Origin: Bacteriovoracia bacterium
Lineage (GTDB): Bacteria > Bdellovibrionota > UBA1018 > JBFWNL01
Length of the DNA stretch: 64,000 nt
Assembly: GCA_050251055.1 (NCBI GenBank)
Contig: JBFWNL010000005.1
Location: 226,451 to 290,450 of the forward strand
Reading direction: 5' to 3'
Shown here: positions 28,190-38,151 of the stretch, piece after piece
How positions within the stretch are numbered: position 1 is the stretch's first letter
Layout: each line of letters opens with the position of its first letter
Notes under the pieces: model-generated
Database searches by the model: none
Told to the model about the DNA's origin: nothing
Seen by the model: only the letters and a program-made list of their open reading frames with translations
Made by a program: the position numbers and the translations under genes

Positions 28190-29733
28190 TTTGATTTCCT
28201 TTTCTTACCCGCCTGAAGAGCAGACGCGGATATACCGATCGTCTCGTTACCAGTTGTTTTGATAACGGGAAGGTTTTGGCTCGTGGTTTGTGCTTCCACA
28301 ATTTCCTGGGTGGTTTGGGTTGATTCTTCCCAGTGTGACAAAAGCAATTGCTTGACTTCATCTTCACTCAGCTCTGGAACCTGGACTTCAATCAAATCCA
28401 AACCGTTTCTCCAAATGGCTCGGCCTTTAATCGAAGGCAGATCAGCTGCACGAACACTGTCCAAAATGGTCATGCTCGATGCATTGTCGGCCATAGGAAA
28501 GCAGAGCCGTCCTTGGAGATTGGTTTTAGTGAGTGGATCAACAGCATTGCGGTCAGGGCGTTGGGTAGCCACGATAAGATGAATCCCAACTGCCCGACCT
28601 TGTGCGGCCAAAGTACTGGCGAGGCGACGTGCTTCCTGTGTTTGTTTCGAATCCAATTGGGAGCCGCCTGCGAGGAACAGTTCTGCGGCTTCGTCGATTA
28701 CGACAACGTGGCGACCAACAATGCTGCCTGCTCGCCAATCATCAGGATATTTCCGATCTTCGGTTTTCTTCGATAGGAAGACTTCAATGTTTTTGCATTC
28801 GTTTAGCTTGAGCAGCGAGGCTCTGTGTTCAATGGTTTGCTCCAGGATGCGCAAAGCGCTCACTGCTCCGTGGAGGTTCGAAACAACGTTTACGCGAGGG
28901 AGTTTTTCAAAAATCTGAAACTCCAAACCGCGTTTAAGGTCAATCAAAGTCAGTTCGGTGCCTGGATTATTTAGATAAAGCGTTGTGATCGCCTGTCGCA
29001 GGAACGTGGATTTACCAAAATTGGTCACACCGCCCACAAGCATGTGGGGTACTTCTTTAAGGTTAATGGTGATCCTTCCGGATCTAGAATCACCCACGAC
29101 GAAACAGTATTCTTTGTATTCGCCTAGATTTTCAAATCGAGAGGATGTGGGCATCGGAGCCGTAGCGTATTTGATGTCCAGGACACCCAAAGTGCGAATT
29201 TCGCGGAGATCATCCACATAAACTCTTAGGCTCGCACCGATTCGGTCCTTGGCTTTGTCAAAATCGGCGTACGGAATGCCATTCATTCTCAATCTGAGGT
29301 TTCGAGTCTGCTGGTCAATTGGCTTGTCCGAGATGAACGCTGGCAAACGATTCATCGGGGTTTTTAAACCTGCGTTGATAAAAGTTTCTGTGAGATTTTT
29401 TGTCAGGATCCGAAGCCGAACCGTTTGAATCATTCCCCAGCCAAGAAAGCCAGAGAGGCTCAACGTAATTGCATAGAGGAAGTAAATAAAATCAAAGCGA
29501 TGAATGAGAGAATAAAGAACGGTCGTTCGGGTTAATTTGAAAATGTAGTAGTCCAAACCCGTGACAACAAAAAGCGCACAGAACGCGCCAGCTGCCGCAC
29601 ATTTGTCTAACGGTAGAATCCTGGTTTTGATGCCAAAATAGATTTCAACCAAAGGTTGGATCGCCAGCCGAGCCCTGCGGATTAAGAGCGCTAGCCGCTG
29701 ATCTAGTGGCACCTGTCTTTGGTTTTCCCCCAT
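28186..29733 (-). CDS. FtsK/SpoIIIE-domain ATPase (putative coupling protein)
   Basis: Two N-terminal TM segments, PHMLVGGVTNFGKS, LIDLK, VVIDEAAE, GRAVGIHLIVATQRP. Confidence 0.9.
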   Translation of the reverse strand: MGENQRQVPLDQRLALLIRRARLAIQPLVEIYFGIKTRILPLDKCAAAGAFCALFVVTGLDYYIFKLTRTTVLYSLIHRFDFIYFLYAITLSLSGFLGWGMIQTVRLRILTKNLTETFINAGLKTPMNRLPAFISDKPIDQQTRNLRLRMNGIPYADFDKAKDRIGASLRVYVDDLREIRTLGVLDIKYATAPMPTSSRFENLGEYKEYCFVVGDSRSGRITINLKEVPHMLVGGVTNFGKSTFLRQAITTLYLNNPGTELTLIDLKRGLEFQIFEKLPRVNVVSNLHGAVSALRILEQTIEHRASLLKLNECKNIEVFLSKKTEDRKYPDDWRAGSIVGRHVVVIDEAAELFLAGGSQLDSKQTQEARRLASTLAAQGRAVGIHLIVATQRPDRNAVDPLTKTNLQGRLCFPMADNASSMTILDSVRAADLPSIKGRAIWRNGLDLIEVQVPELSEDEVKQLLLSHWEESTQTTQEIVEAQTTSQNLPVIKTTGNETIGISASALQAGKKRKSK

Positions 29734-29737
29734 AGGT

Positions 29738-30646
29738 TTATGATCCGCTTTCTTGGAAGAGGATGAGGATCGGAGTGCCGGCACTTACTTCGATGATTGG
29801 CGTTTTATTTTTCAGGCCAGACATGATTTCTTGCGACTGCTCTATTGAGGCGCGGCTTGCGCCATTGAGTAGCGCATTTTTTACGCTGGCCTTCTTCACC
29901 AAGACTCCTTGTTGGCCCTCGGTATCTTGAAGAGCCTCAGAGAATCCGCTAAAGAAGTTAAGGCCTACGCCTGCGGCTAACTTAAGTGCGTATTGTCCGA
30001 GTTTGGAGCCGTGAAGGCCGGCCACTTGGTCTTCTGAATCAACGGCTTCAGCTTGAACGTCGGTGAAAGAGCCGTCTTTAAAGATCAGCTTATAGAAGCG
30101 GATGAAGAGTCTTTCTTCGGTTGAGCTTCCCGAGCCCAGAAGGACCGCGCCTTCTTCAGCAAAAGTCTCTCCTCCAACAATCAAGGGCTCTTTAAGTCGG
30201 GCTTTTACTGGGCCGTTTGAGCCTCCCGTAATGAGTTCGCTTTTTACCAAGGCACCAGGTGGTATTTTGATGTTTCTTGGACGAGCAACAAGCTGTGGAC
30301 CGGGCAGTTTGTCGGGCATTCGGGATCTTGGGCCAGCTCTCTGCTTTTCCAATTGTCCTTGGGCGTCTTGGACACGAGAATAGGTACCAAGCTCGATAGC
30401 ATCGCTCGGAACAATCTGTTCCGGAGCTTGAAATGTCCCAGGAGAGCCCCCAGAAGAACTGGAGCTATCATTTGGATTTCCTTTAATAAGGATCGCTAAG
30501 ATCCCAATTCCCAGAGCTCCTAAGGCTGACCAAGCTTTCCAACCGGTTTTTTTTGAAGACTGGGTTCTATATAGGTTTCCTGAACCAAATTGACCTTTAA
30601 TGGTCGGCAAGGAAACAGCCTCAACTGTTGGTTTTTCATCTTCCAC
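29738..30646 (-). CDS. VirB10/TrbI-like T4SS protein (start revised)
   Basis: Single TM, low-complexity linker, IPPG..V...L, AGLHG, IEVSAGTPI.I.F. Confidence 0.75.
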   Translation of the reverse strand: MEDEKPTVEAVSLPTIKGQFGSGNLYRTQSSKKTGWKAWSALGALGIGILAILIKGNPNDSSSSSGGSPGTFQAPEQIVPSDAIELGTYSRVQDAQGQLEKQRAGPRSRMPDKLPGPQLVARPRNIKIPPGALVKSELITGGSNGPVKARLKEPLIVGGETFAEEGAVLLGSGSSTEERLFIRFYKLIFKDGSFTDVQAEAVDSEDQVAGLHGSKLGQYALKLAAGVGLNFFSGFSEALQDTEGQQGVLVKKASVKNALLNGASRASIEQSQEIMSGLKNKTPIIEVSAGTPILILFQESGS

Positions 30647-31058
30647 GAGATTGTCCTTTCTTTTGGGTGGGACGCGGAGCATCCCGCACAAGAATGATCG
30701 CGCTCCCCTCAGTAGGAGTCGCAATGAGATCGAAGCTGAACCGCCTTCCTAAGAGGTAGACGAAAAGGTTTGATCTGGACGCCGAACTTAACGGGGAAAT
30801 TGCGAGATCGTTTTCCACGTATTCCAAACCAAAGGAGCCACTTTTACCCAAAATTACCTTGGTGGGCTTGATGGGAAAGCTAAGAACGGTACCACGTGTA
30901 GAGACTGCAACACGCGCGACTTTCTCGTCATCTAAGGCCACAATTTTTACGTCTGCCGCAAAGACGCGATGAGAGAAAAAGACGCAGAGGAAAAGACTGA
31001 TCACAATTAAGAAAAAGAAATCTAAATCGGGACCTCGGTATTTATTTCTTTCGTTCAT
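30636..31058 (-). CDS. VirB9-like secreted T4SS component (short)
   Basis: Signal peptide, TVLSFP...VILG, SNLFVY...RFSFDL; between VirB8- and VirB10-like genes. Confidence 0.6.
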   Translation of the reverse strand: MNERNKYRGPDLDFFFLIVISLFLCVFFSHRVFAADVKIVALDDEKVARVAVSTRGTVLSFPIKPTKVILGKSGSFGLEYVENDLAISPLSSASRSNLFVYLLGRRFSFDLIATPTEGSAIILVRDAPRPTQKKGQSRGR

Positions 31059-31593
31059 TTGAATCTCCTTCCTTCGAAGTCGGACTGACTTTGGTCAAAA
31101 TGAGCCCGTAAGGATTGCTGGTAGTCCTAGTGACCGAAGAAACAGAGACCTGAAGTGGGAATGAGAACGCCGAACGGATGCTACCGACAGTGATCAAGCG
31201 GTCGGAATCGACAGATACGACTGAACCATTTTGGGTGATTGCATTGATGACGATACGCTGGCGCATCTCGCGGCGCTTGAACTCAGATTGCTCTTGTTCC
31301 CGATTCTTCATTTCATCAAGCGAGAGGTACTCGCTTAGAGCATTTGATTCGGTGTTGAATCGTTGGCTTAGTGCTTCACGAATGAACGATTCGATTTCGC
31401 TAGGTGTCCTAGCCTCCGTCCCCGAAACAATGACTGTCGAATAACATGAACGTTCGATGAGAAGCGGGTCCTTAAGAGCCGCTTTGATGGCGACAATCGA
31501 CAAAGCAGTGAACGCGATCGAGAGAGCGAGCAGTGCCGTTCGCAATGTCACATTTTGCGAAGACACCTTGGCCCATGCTTGTGAAAACCTCAT
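31042..31593 (-). CDS. VirB8/TraE-like T4SS protein
   Basis: Single N-terminal TM and C-terminal RTTSNPYGL.L motif. Confidence 0.7.
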   Translation of the reverse strand: MRFSQAWAKVSSQNVTLRTALLALSIAFTALSIVAIKAALKDPLLIERSCYSTVIVSGTEARTPSEIESFIREALSQRFNTESNALSEYLSLDEMKNREQEQSEFKRREMRQRIVINAITQNGSVVSVDSDRLITVGSIRSAFSFPLQVSVSSVTRTTSNPYGLILTKVSPTSKEGDSNERKK

Positions 31594-31627
31594 AAGAATA
31601 CCTCCTGGCTTGCAAACGATGCCGAAA

Positions 31628-32626
31628 TTAAGATTTTGGCGACGTTTTATCGGTCTGATTAGTCTGAGATTGAGCTTGGTAACGTTTCGTTATTCGGTGA
31701 AACGCTTGAGCTTTTTTGTGATCTCGATCAAGTTGCTCTTGATCCGATAATTTTTTCTTATTCGTGTCCTGAAAGTAATTTTCTTTGAGCTGACTGTATC
31801 CGGAACCTACGGCCTCACTCCCAGTAGAAGCACCCTTTTTGACCGTGGCCGTTGCAAGCTTGCCTGGATTAAAAAGAGCGGCACCAGCCGCCATGCCCAT
31901 CATGGATGAAGCCATAGACGCCATTCCTTTTGAGGTAAGTGCCGTCACAACGATGGGAGTAAAAAGCAGCGAAGCCGCGAGGATTAGATTGTACGCAATG
32001 ACCGTTAAGAAGTTGATGTTGTGCTCTGGTTTATTCATTTCACCCAGCGCCGAGCTCCACAGGAGAGCCGCAAGCACCGCCCAAACAATTTTCCATGCAC
32101 AAACTTCAAACAACGATCGGTAAAGAGCCTTAGTAGCAACAGCGGTGGAGGGCAAAATAAAAAGGGCGATTAGAATCGGAGAAAAAATAAAAAGAAGAAC
32201 CCAAACAAAAATCACTCCGGCATTGGCAATGTAGACCGAAATATAAAGGAGGAAGAATGTGATGAAGGAAAAGCCCAGCATCAAGGTTTCTTTCACGGAA
32301 GTCCAAGAGAACGTAAATTCACTAAGCTTGTCTCCCATCTTGTCGAGAACGAGATGGAAGTCATTATAGTTTCCAATCTGAGAAACGAGTGCGTCTGTTA
32401 CGTCACTCAGGGAATTGGTAACCTCGGGGTAGCTATTGAGAAGAATTGCGGCAACCAGCGTGCGTCCAATAAGTTGCGGAATCCACGGGACACCACCCAG
32501 CGGTAGTTTAAAGTATTCAATCACCACTCCTAGGACCAAAAGCAGAGATGCTAGTCCGTAAAACATGCCGTTGAAGATCGCGTGAATCTGTTTTGCTTCT
32601 TGTGCTAGCCAGTTTAAGTCTGTCAT
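31628..32626 (-). CDS. VirB6/TrbL-like inner-membrane protein
   Basis: Polytopic (FSPILIALFILPST), Ala/Gly-rich tail. Confidence 0.75.
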   Translation of the reverse strand: MTDLNWLAQEAKQIHAIFNGMFYGLASLLLVLGVVIEYFKLPLGGVPWIPQLIGRTLVAAILLNSYPEVTNSLSDVTDALVSQIGNYNDFHLVLDKMGDKLSEFTFSWTSVKETLMLGFSFITFFLLYISVYIANAGVIFVWVLLFIFSPILIALFILPSTAVATKALYRSLFEVCAWKIVWAVLAALLWSSALGEMNKPEHNINFLTVIAYNLILAASLLFTPIVVTALTSKGMASMASSMMGMAAGAALFNPGKLATATVKKGASTGSEAVGSGYSQLKENYFQDTNKKKLSDQEQLDRDHKKAQAFHRITKRYQAQSQTNQTDKTSPKS

Positions 32627-32629
32627 TGG

Positions 32630-33322
32630 TTAAAACCTCGGGAGCTGAAATGAAGTGTCTTGTTGTTTCATCGCGATACTGAGAGCGTTGGAGGTCTCAA
32701 GAGCATTTCGCGTTTGCTCTTTATCTTTCCTGTTCTCAATTGCGAGCGACTGCGCCTGTATCTTAAGCCCCGTCGCTTGTGCGCGAAGACTTTGGTTCAT
32801 AACGGTCAACATCACTCCCAAGGACTGAGCTGTGAGCTTCTGAGCACCGCCAGGAGAAACAAGCCTGCTCATCTGCTTGATGCTTTCGCCAATTTCGTCG
32901 ACATCTCGGGTGTACTTATAAATGGAGTTATTGAGTGCGACGGCTTCTGCAACACTTTGATCTGAGTCGTGTTGAACCTGGGCATCTCTTGATGGCACAA
33001 TCACTCCATAAATACGCTCCAAAGCTCGCACCGCTTCCTGTACTCGCTCCCAGTCCCGGTAAATACCCGGATCCGTCCCTGGCCCAATCGTCCTCATGAG
33101 GTTTAAAGAGTCGTTGATCCCTCGGTTGATGTCCCGAATGAGGGAGAGGGTGTCCTGACCGGTTCCCATAATTGATCTGAGCTGGGCCAACTGCTGAATT
33201 GCGTTTGCAAGAATCTGTGTGAGCACCGCAACATCGCCACCGAAAAGATCCGCTTTTGCTTGGTGAATGGGAGAAAGCAGGAAAGTAACAGCGAGGATAA
33301 ATGTGGAAATCTTTTTCTTCAT
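32630..33322 (-). CDS. VirB5/TrbJ-like protein
   Basis: Signal peptide (AKA|DLFGGD), Gln-rich helices, position after VirB4. Confidence 0.6.
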   Translation of the reverse strand: MKKKISTFILAVTFLLSPIHQAKADLFGGDVAVLTQILANAIQQLAQLRSIMGTGQDTLSLIRDINRGINDSLNLMRTIGPGTDPGIYRDWERVQEAVRALERIYGVIVPSRDAQVQHDSDQSVAEAVALNNSIYKYTRDVDEIGESIKQMSRLVSPGGAQKLTAQSLGVMLTVMNQSLRAQATGLKIQAQSLAIENRKDKEQTRNALETSNALSIAMKQQDTSFQLPRF

Positions 33323-35736
33323 GAACTCTCCTTTTCTGAAGCCGCGACTCCGCGGGGGAATAGTTCGGCTAGTTTTTTCAGCCGATCGACATGCGAAAGA
33401 GACGGATGGGAAGAAGTATGCTCATCAAGTGCAGCAAGATCTTTTGGGTCTGTGGTGGCAATCCAGTATTCAAGGGGCGTAGATTCAATGACGGCGACCG
33501 TCCGATTTGCCTGAGCCAAGAGGAATGCTTCGGAGTAACGCCCTTTGTCTTGTCTCAAAGACTTCACCAAAGAAATCTCGTTGGGGTTTAGGTTCAACAC
33601 CTCTTCTAATCGTTTTCCGTCGACCTGTTGCTGAAGGAGAAGCCACTTAATTGAACAGTTAGGAAGAATGGCTCCAGCGATCTTCGACTTCGCGAAGTCA
33701 TCCAGATCCTGAGAAATCGCGATTGCCGAGGCGTAGTATTTTCTAAAAGTTCGAAAAACCTCTTCGATGAATACAAGGCCAGAATCATTCTTCAGAAGTT
33801 TCCAGCACTCATCAAAAACCAGAAATTTCATTTTTCCGCGATCCCTTTGAATTTCGCGCCAAACGAAGTCTGTGATCATAAACAGGCAAACCGCTTGCAG
33901 ATCTGGAAACGATTCCATGCCCTTTAAGTCAAAAGCCACAATGGGGCGGTTCAGCTCGATGTTTGTTTCACGATCCAAGAACTGACCAAACGGCGTGTTT
34001 CCGCACCACGGCGACAGAATCCGCCCATAACGCTTCACCTCAACGTCGGGATGAGCGAGAAGTAAATCCTGTAGATCGCTGAGCCTAGGAGTTCGCGATT
34101 TTTCGTAAACGCGTTGGATTGCCTCTTCAATTTCAGCACGATGGAGTTTTGGAATGCGCGCCTCATGATCCTCTTTGGTCATGAGTTCAATAAGTGAGAC
34201 AAAGAATTTGATTTTCTGACTGGATGGGGCCGATTCACCTGGTCCAAGATCAAAGGGGTTAAGGCAAAGCCCCGCACCGATACCGAGAAGGACATATTGA
34301 CCATCGAGGTTTTCGCAAAGTTTTTTGTAGGACCCTCCTATATCGACGAAGTAGATCTTAGGGGCTTCTTTGAGTGTTTGTAGGAGCAATAAGTTGGTAA
34401 GGAAGCTTTTGCCTGACCCACTGGACCCCGAAATTAACTGATTAAAATTCGTTAGGCCGGGGTCAAACGGATCGAAGCCCAAGAGACTCCCCATTCTTGA
34501 ACGAAGGAGGATACTTGGCTTCGACATGCCCTCCCAGGGGCCATATAGAGGTAGAAGATCTGCCAGGTTAGAAGTCTTTACGGCCTTTGCTCGCTCTTTA
34601 GATCTGGTGTTAGGGATCGCGCATTCCGAAAAGATGTCAAAAGCCGCGATGCTTTCTTCCATTCCCTCGGCACCTGAGAGACTTCGAATGCACATAAGAG
34701 TTTGAGCGACCTTTTCTTCAAGCTCTCCCAGGTTGTTTGACCTCAAAAGGATGTTCAGACTGACACGAAAAACGTTTTCTCCTTGAGCAATCATTTGCTC
34801 TAAGAGGGTTTCTAAGTCCTGAAGTTTTGCTTCACTTTCGATGTCAGAAACACCAGATCGTTTTCCGCGTGCCATCGAAAATGCTAAACGTCTCTGGGTT
34901 TGGAGCTTTTCAAGCTCCTTAGTTTGATTTGGTACATGGACGGTCAAAAACAACCGTGAGTTAAATGGTAAGTCCCTCAACGCAGAGGCCATTCCGGCTA
35001 CCGTTCGATCAGGCAGAGTTTTTAGAGAAATAAGGCGATGGTGAACTTCACCGATTGAGAATCCGCGTTCGTAGACGCCTACGTCGCTGAACAGAAGCGA
35101 AGAGCGAATATCTTCCGGATCATATGTACCTAAAGAAACCGGTCGATCAGGATTCCACTGCTCATAGATAAGCTCCAAAACTCGATTGGTTTCAATACGT
35201 CTTACTTCCAAGCCCAGCGAAGCAATCGACTGAGAGACGTTCTCTCGAAGTTGCTCTAAAAGTTCGACTTCTCGAACCATTCGAGCATCGGCAATCTTTG
35301 GAAAGTTAGCGGGCTTCGACAAAAGCTTCGGTGCATCGACCAATGATCTCGTCAGAGGCTTTCTGACAAGAAGAAGGAGTTCGTGCTTGGGTATGAAGCC
35401 TTCGCCATCGAGAGTTCTAAGTTTTTCGATGCGTGCCCGGGTTAACGCTTGTGCTGCTTCTGTACTGGATTCTTGGATAAGAGATTCATGCACATCTAGA
35501 ACAGATGCGTTTCCACCCTTAATATCCTGGACAAACTGGAGGTCTATCTCAGGAGGAAGCCCGTTTAGAAATTGGGCCACGCCTTGGGTGATGGAATTGA
35601 TTGTTTCATCTGAGATACACGAAATATCGGTTGGCTTGATCTTAAGTGCAAATCCCAGAGATCCATCTTGGAACAAAAGGCAGTCTTGTTCGATGCCCCA
35701 AAGTTCCAGTTCATCTGCAAGTGCTAGAGAATTCAT
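33319..35736 (-). CDS. virB4: VirB4/TraC conjugation ATPase
   Basis: Walker A GSSGSGKS, FVDIGGSY, LNPF, Walker B FDECW, RTFRKY...ISQ. Confidence 0.93.
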   Translation of the reverse strand: MNSLALADELELWGIEQDCLLFQDGSLGFALKIKPTDISCISDETINSITQGVAQFLNGLPPEIDLQFVQDIKGGNASVLDVHESLIQESSTEAAQALTRARIEKLRTLDGEGFIPKHELLLLVRKPLTRSLVDAPKLLSKPANFPKIADARMVREVELLEQLRENVSQSIASLGLEVRRIETNRVLELIYEQWNPDRPVSLGTYDPEDIRSSLLFSDVGVYERGFSIGEVHHRLISLKTLPDRTVAGMASALRDLPFNSRLFLTVHVPNQTKELEKLQTQRRLAFSMARGKRSGVSDIESEAKLQDLETLLEQMIAQGENVFRVSLNILLRSNNLGELEEKVAQTLMCIRSLSGAEGMEESIAAFDIFSECAIPNTRSKERAKAVKTSNLADLLPLYGPWEGMSKPSILLRSRMGSLLGFDPFDPGLTNFNQLISGSSGSGKSFLTNLLLLQTLKEAPKIYFVDIGGSYKKLCENLDGQYVLLGIGAGLCLNPFDLGPGESAPSSQKIKFFVSLIELMTKEDHEARIPKLHRAEIEEAIQRVYEKSRTPRLSDLQDLLLAHPDVEVKRYGRILSPWCGNTPFGQFLDRETNIELNRPIVAFDLKGMESFPDLQAVCLFMITDFVWREIQRDRGKMKFLVFDECWKLLKNDSGLVFIEEVFRTFRKYYASAIAISQDLDDFAKSKIAGAILPNCSIKWLLLQQQVDGKRLEEVLNLNPNEISLVKSLRQDKGRYSEAFLLAQANRTVAVIESTPLEYWIATTDPKDLAALDEHTSSHPSLSHVDRLKKLAELFPRGVAASEKESS

Positions 35737-36059
35737 GAGCGCACATCCTTTCTTTTCAACGAGGGAGGAGTTTCAAACTGAGAGGGTTCTAGAAATGCGC
35801 TGAGGTACTTAGGTCTAAGTTGGTACTTCACCCAATGAACAAGAAAGTTGTCGGGCTTTCCCTTTTTTCCGACTCTTAAAACAATGGCGAGTGCCAAGGT
35901 CGGAAGCCAGACAAGCAACAACTTCATTCCAGTTGATGCGAAAAGAAAATTGAGGACCGATAGCGAGATGAAGATCGCAAGAACATCTGGAATTTCATAA
36001 CCGGCAATCAGTAACTTTTTGTCTAGACACTGGCTTACAGGCGTCGATCTTAGAGACAT
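35733..36059 (-). CDS. VirB3/TraL-like membrane protein
   Basis: Two TM segments, KKGKPDNFLVHW, coupled to virB4. Confidence 0.7.
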   Translation of the reverse strand: MSLRSTPVSQCLDKKLLIAGYEIPDVLAIFISLSVLNFLFASTGMKLLLVWLPTLALAIVLRVGKKGKPDNFLVHWVKYQLRPKYLSAFLEPSQFETPPSLKRKDVRS

Positions 36060-36082
36060 CTATTAAACCTCCGGAAAGCGTG

Positions 36083-36113
36083 CTGGCCCCTGAGGCGATT
36101 CCCCAGGAGCCAG
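36083..36113 (-). terminator. Stem-loop after pilin gene (attenuator/mRNA stabiliser)
   Basis: Minus-strand CTGGCTCCTGGGG-AATCG-CCTCAGGGGCCAG pairs fully using G-U; no U-tail. Confidence 0.65.
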
Positions 36114-36125
36114 TCACAACGATTG

Positions 36126-36416
36126 CTAGTGGATTAGAGATCGAACAAATTCGATAATGCTCGGAGCACCGAAGCCTACAACGGCTCCCATAATGGCAAG
36201 AATCAGGTGTGATCTCGCGTTAGGACTCCCCGTAAAAAAGGAGAACGCGGCAAAAACCAATCCCAAGATCCCAACCAGAGGAAGGATGACGTTGATGAGT
36301 TTCGATTGAACTGCGGCTAAACTAGATTCGACGCTACAAAATCCAAGAGACGGAAAGGCTACAACGCCTGCAACCACTAGGAGCGCAGGCAAATACTTTC
36401 GAATGGGCGCTTTCAT
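36126..36416 (-). CDS. VirB2/TrbC pilin
   Basis: Signal peptide plus two hydrophobic helices ending GAVVGFGAPSII. Confidence 0.8.
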   Translation of the reverse strand: MKAPIRKYLPALLVVAGVVAFPSLGFCSVESSLAAVQSKLINVILPLVGILGLVFAAFSFFTGSPNARSHLILAIMGAVVGFGAPSIIEFVRSLIH

Positions 36417-36511
36417 GAAACGACCTTTCTTGATCCCTATTCTAAGGATCAAAGATTGAGCGTTTTATGTCCTCGTATGAGGAGCGCGTGACTTAGAGAA
36501 CGGGACTAGGT

Positions 36512-36859
36512 CTATCGCTGTGGAAAGAGACTCATGAACACTCGCCCACGGGGAAACCTAAAGCGGATTTCCAAATGGGTTTTTAGGTCCCTAGGGATAA
36601 AACCGGTGCCGACAGGATTCTGGAACTTAACTCCTTCTTCCCCGTCAACTTTCTTTGCGAAAACTGTGTACCGACCTTCATCATCGCGTGTTCGAACGAG
36701 GTAGTAGGTCATACTGTAAAGCGACCATAGCTTCAGCGCATAGTAGGAGGAGCCCTCATCCGTGAGGGCGTGCCCTGCAGGAAACGCTAACGCCAACGTG
36801 CCACCTTGCTTTCGGCCAAAGACGAGTTCGTGTTTTGAAACGATCGGTCTTGGGTTCAT
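36512..36859 (-). CDS. Hypothetical beta-rich protein (start revised)
   Basis: GAGGA RBS before MNPRP; two related halves (PAGHAL.../PVGTGF...). Confidence 0.65.
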   Translation of the reverse strand: MNPRPIVSKHELVFGRKQGGTLALAFPAGHALTDEGSSYYALKLWSLYSMTYYLVRTRDDEGRYTVFAKKVDGEEGVKFQNPVGTGFIPRDLKTHLEIRFRFPRGRVFMSLFPQR

Positions 36860-36896
36860 AATTCCTCTCTCTTTTTTTAAATCTAAAACAAAGTGG

Positions 36897-37073
36897 CTAT
36901 TTGGTTTTTGGTCGCTTTTGCTCGAGACTCTCATTTTGCGAATTCAATTTTTCGATCTGAAGAAGTCGCCAGAGCTTTTCGATGTATTTCTGAACTCTGG
37001 GGTTGCGTTCTTTTTCGGATTTAGAAATGGTTTCGCAAAACTTCTGAAACTCCTTTTCTATTTGGTTCAACAC
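36897..37073 (-). CDS. Small hypothetical protein (58 aa, absent from ORF track)
   Basis: GAGGAG RBS, GTG start, MLNQIEKEFQKFCETISKSEKERNPRVQKYIEKLWRLL... Confidence 0.55.
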   Translation of the reverse strand: MLNQIEKEFQKFCETISKSEKERNPRVQKYIEKLWRLLQIEKLNSQNESLEQKRPKTK

Positions 37074-37221
37074 AATTGCTCCTCATCACGAGTCTTTCAG
37101 CAAAAGGGCGGTAACCCTCTCTGCAGCGACTGCCAGGTTACGATTTGAAACCAACTCACACACCGAAAGCGACCCTAGAAGTGCATAGAAGTCTTCTTTG
37201 AACTTCAGAATCATGAGTTTA

Positions 37222-37824
37222 TTAGTCATGGCGCACATCCTTTTGACGAAGAGGAACCTCAACATAGAAGTAATCCCCCATGACCGGGTCGTTCACGATG
37301 ACACAAAGTACGGCTTCTCCAACTAGAGCCTCCCGCGAGGCGCGACCACTGAGTCCGTTCACGTCGAGTCCGACAACTTTCTTATTGTCTGACCATTCGG
37401 ACCAAATGTTCGTTGCTCTCAAGGCCTGAATGAACTCCCCGTTTTTCAGAGCGATGTAGGGGTAGACGTCAGAGGTTTTTCCCCCGCGGTACTCCTTAGG
37501 TACGTCGAACGACATCGTGACTTGATTAACCATTGGGCCGTAGATAACGATCGCCGGAGCTACGCTAAGGTCGCTTTTGCTAGCCATCGGGACGGCAAGC
37601 CGGTACTTCCTTTTTCCGGTGTCCATTAGGTTCATCGAAAACGAGTGCTCCATGTTTCCGCTTTGGTAGCTCATGTCGATTCGCAGGAGATCTGTCCGAA
37701 CTCCCGTACCTTGGTCCGAATTGGACTGGGTATTGGGTTTCGGCGTGATTCGAGGCTGGATTGGTTCAGGTCCACAAGCAGATACAAGTACCGGGATAAG
37801 AATCATCAAAATCATCTTCTTCAT
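37222..37824 (-). CDS. Lipoprotein, unknown function
   Basis: MKKMILMILIPVLVSAC lipobox, GGAGG RBS. Confidence 0.8.
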   Translation of the reverse strand: MKKMILMILIPVLVSACGPEPIQPRITPKPNTQSNSDQGTGVRTDLLRIDMSYQSGNMEHSFSMNLMDTGKRKYRLAVPMASKSDLSVAPAIVIYGPMVNQVTMSFDVPKEYRGGKTSDVYPYIALKNGEFIQALRATNIWSEWSDNKKVVGLDVNGLSGRASREALVGEAVLCVIVNDPVMGDYFYVEVPLRQKDVRHD

Positions 37825-37838
37825 TTTTTCCTCCGAGG

Positions 37839-37979
37839 TTAGAAACGGTCTGAACGCATGAAACGCTCATGAAAATGGGGCCGTGAAGGCTCTTCATCTT
37901 CGCCTGGTTTTTTCTGTGTACTGGTGCAGCCGGTGAGAACTCCGATTGCTGCTAAGATAACGAATAGGTAGTTTTTCAT
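37839..37979 (-). CDS. Small lipoprotein (46 aa, absent from ORF track)
   Basis: MKNYLFVILAAIGVLTGCTSTQKKPGEDEEPSRPHFHERFMRSDRF*, AAGGAG RBS, LTGC lipobox. Confidence 0.75.
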   Translation of the reverse strand: MKNYLFVILAAIGVLTGCTSTQKKPGEDEEPSRPHFHERFMRSDRF

Positions 37980-37995
37980 TTTGACTCCTTGATTC

Positions 37996-38151
37996 CTAAA
38001 ATCGTTGAATTTGAAACCAATGCTTTTGAAAGTACTGATCTTTCATTTCCCGCAATGCTTGTTCTTGCTCGTAGGCCAATGCGTTTTGCTCTTGGATGAT
38101 TCCAAACACGCGTTTGGCTAGGTAAGAAAAGCCGCTAATGACCTTTTTCAT
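37996..38151 (-). CDS. Small hypothetical protein (51 aa, absent from ORF track)
   Basis: MKKVISGFSYLAKRVFGIIQEQ...; TAATG overlap with upstream gene, GGAGG RBS. Confidence 0.6.
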   Translation of the reverse strand: MKKVISGFSYLAKRVFGIIQEQNALAYEQEQALREMKDQYFQKHWFQIQRF

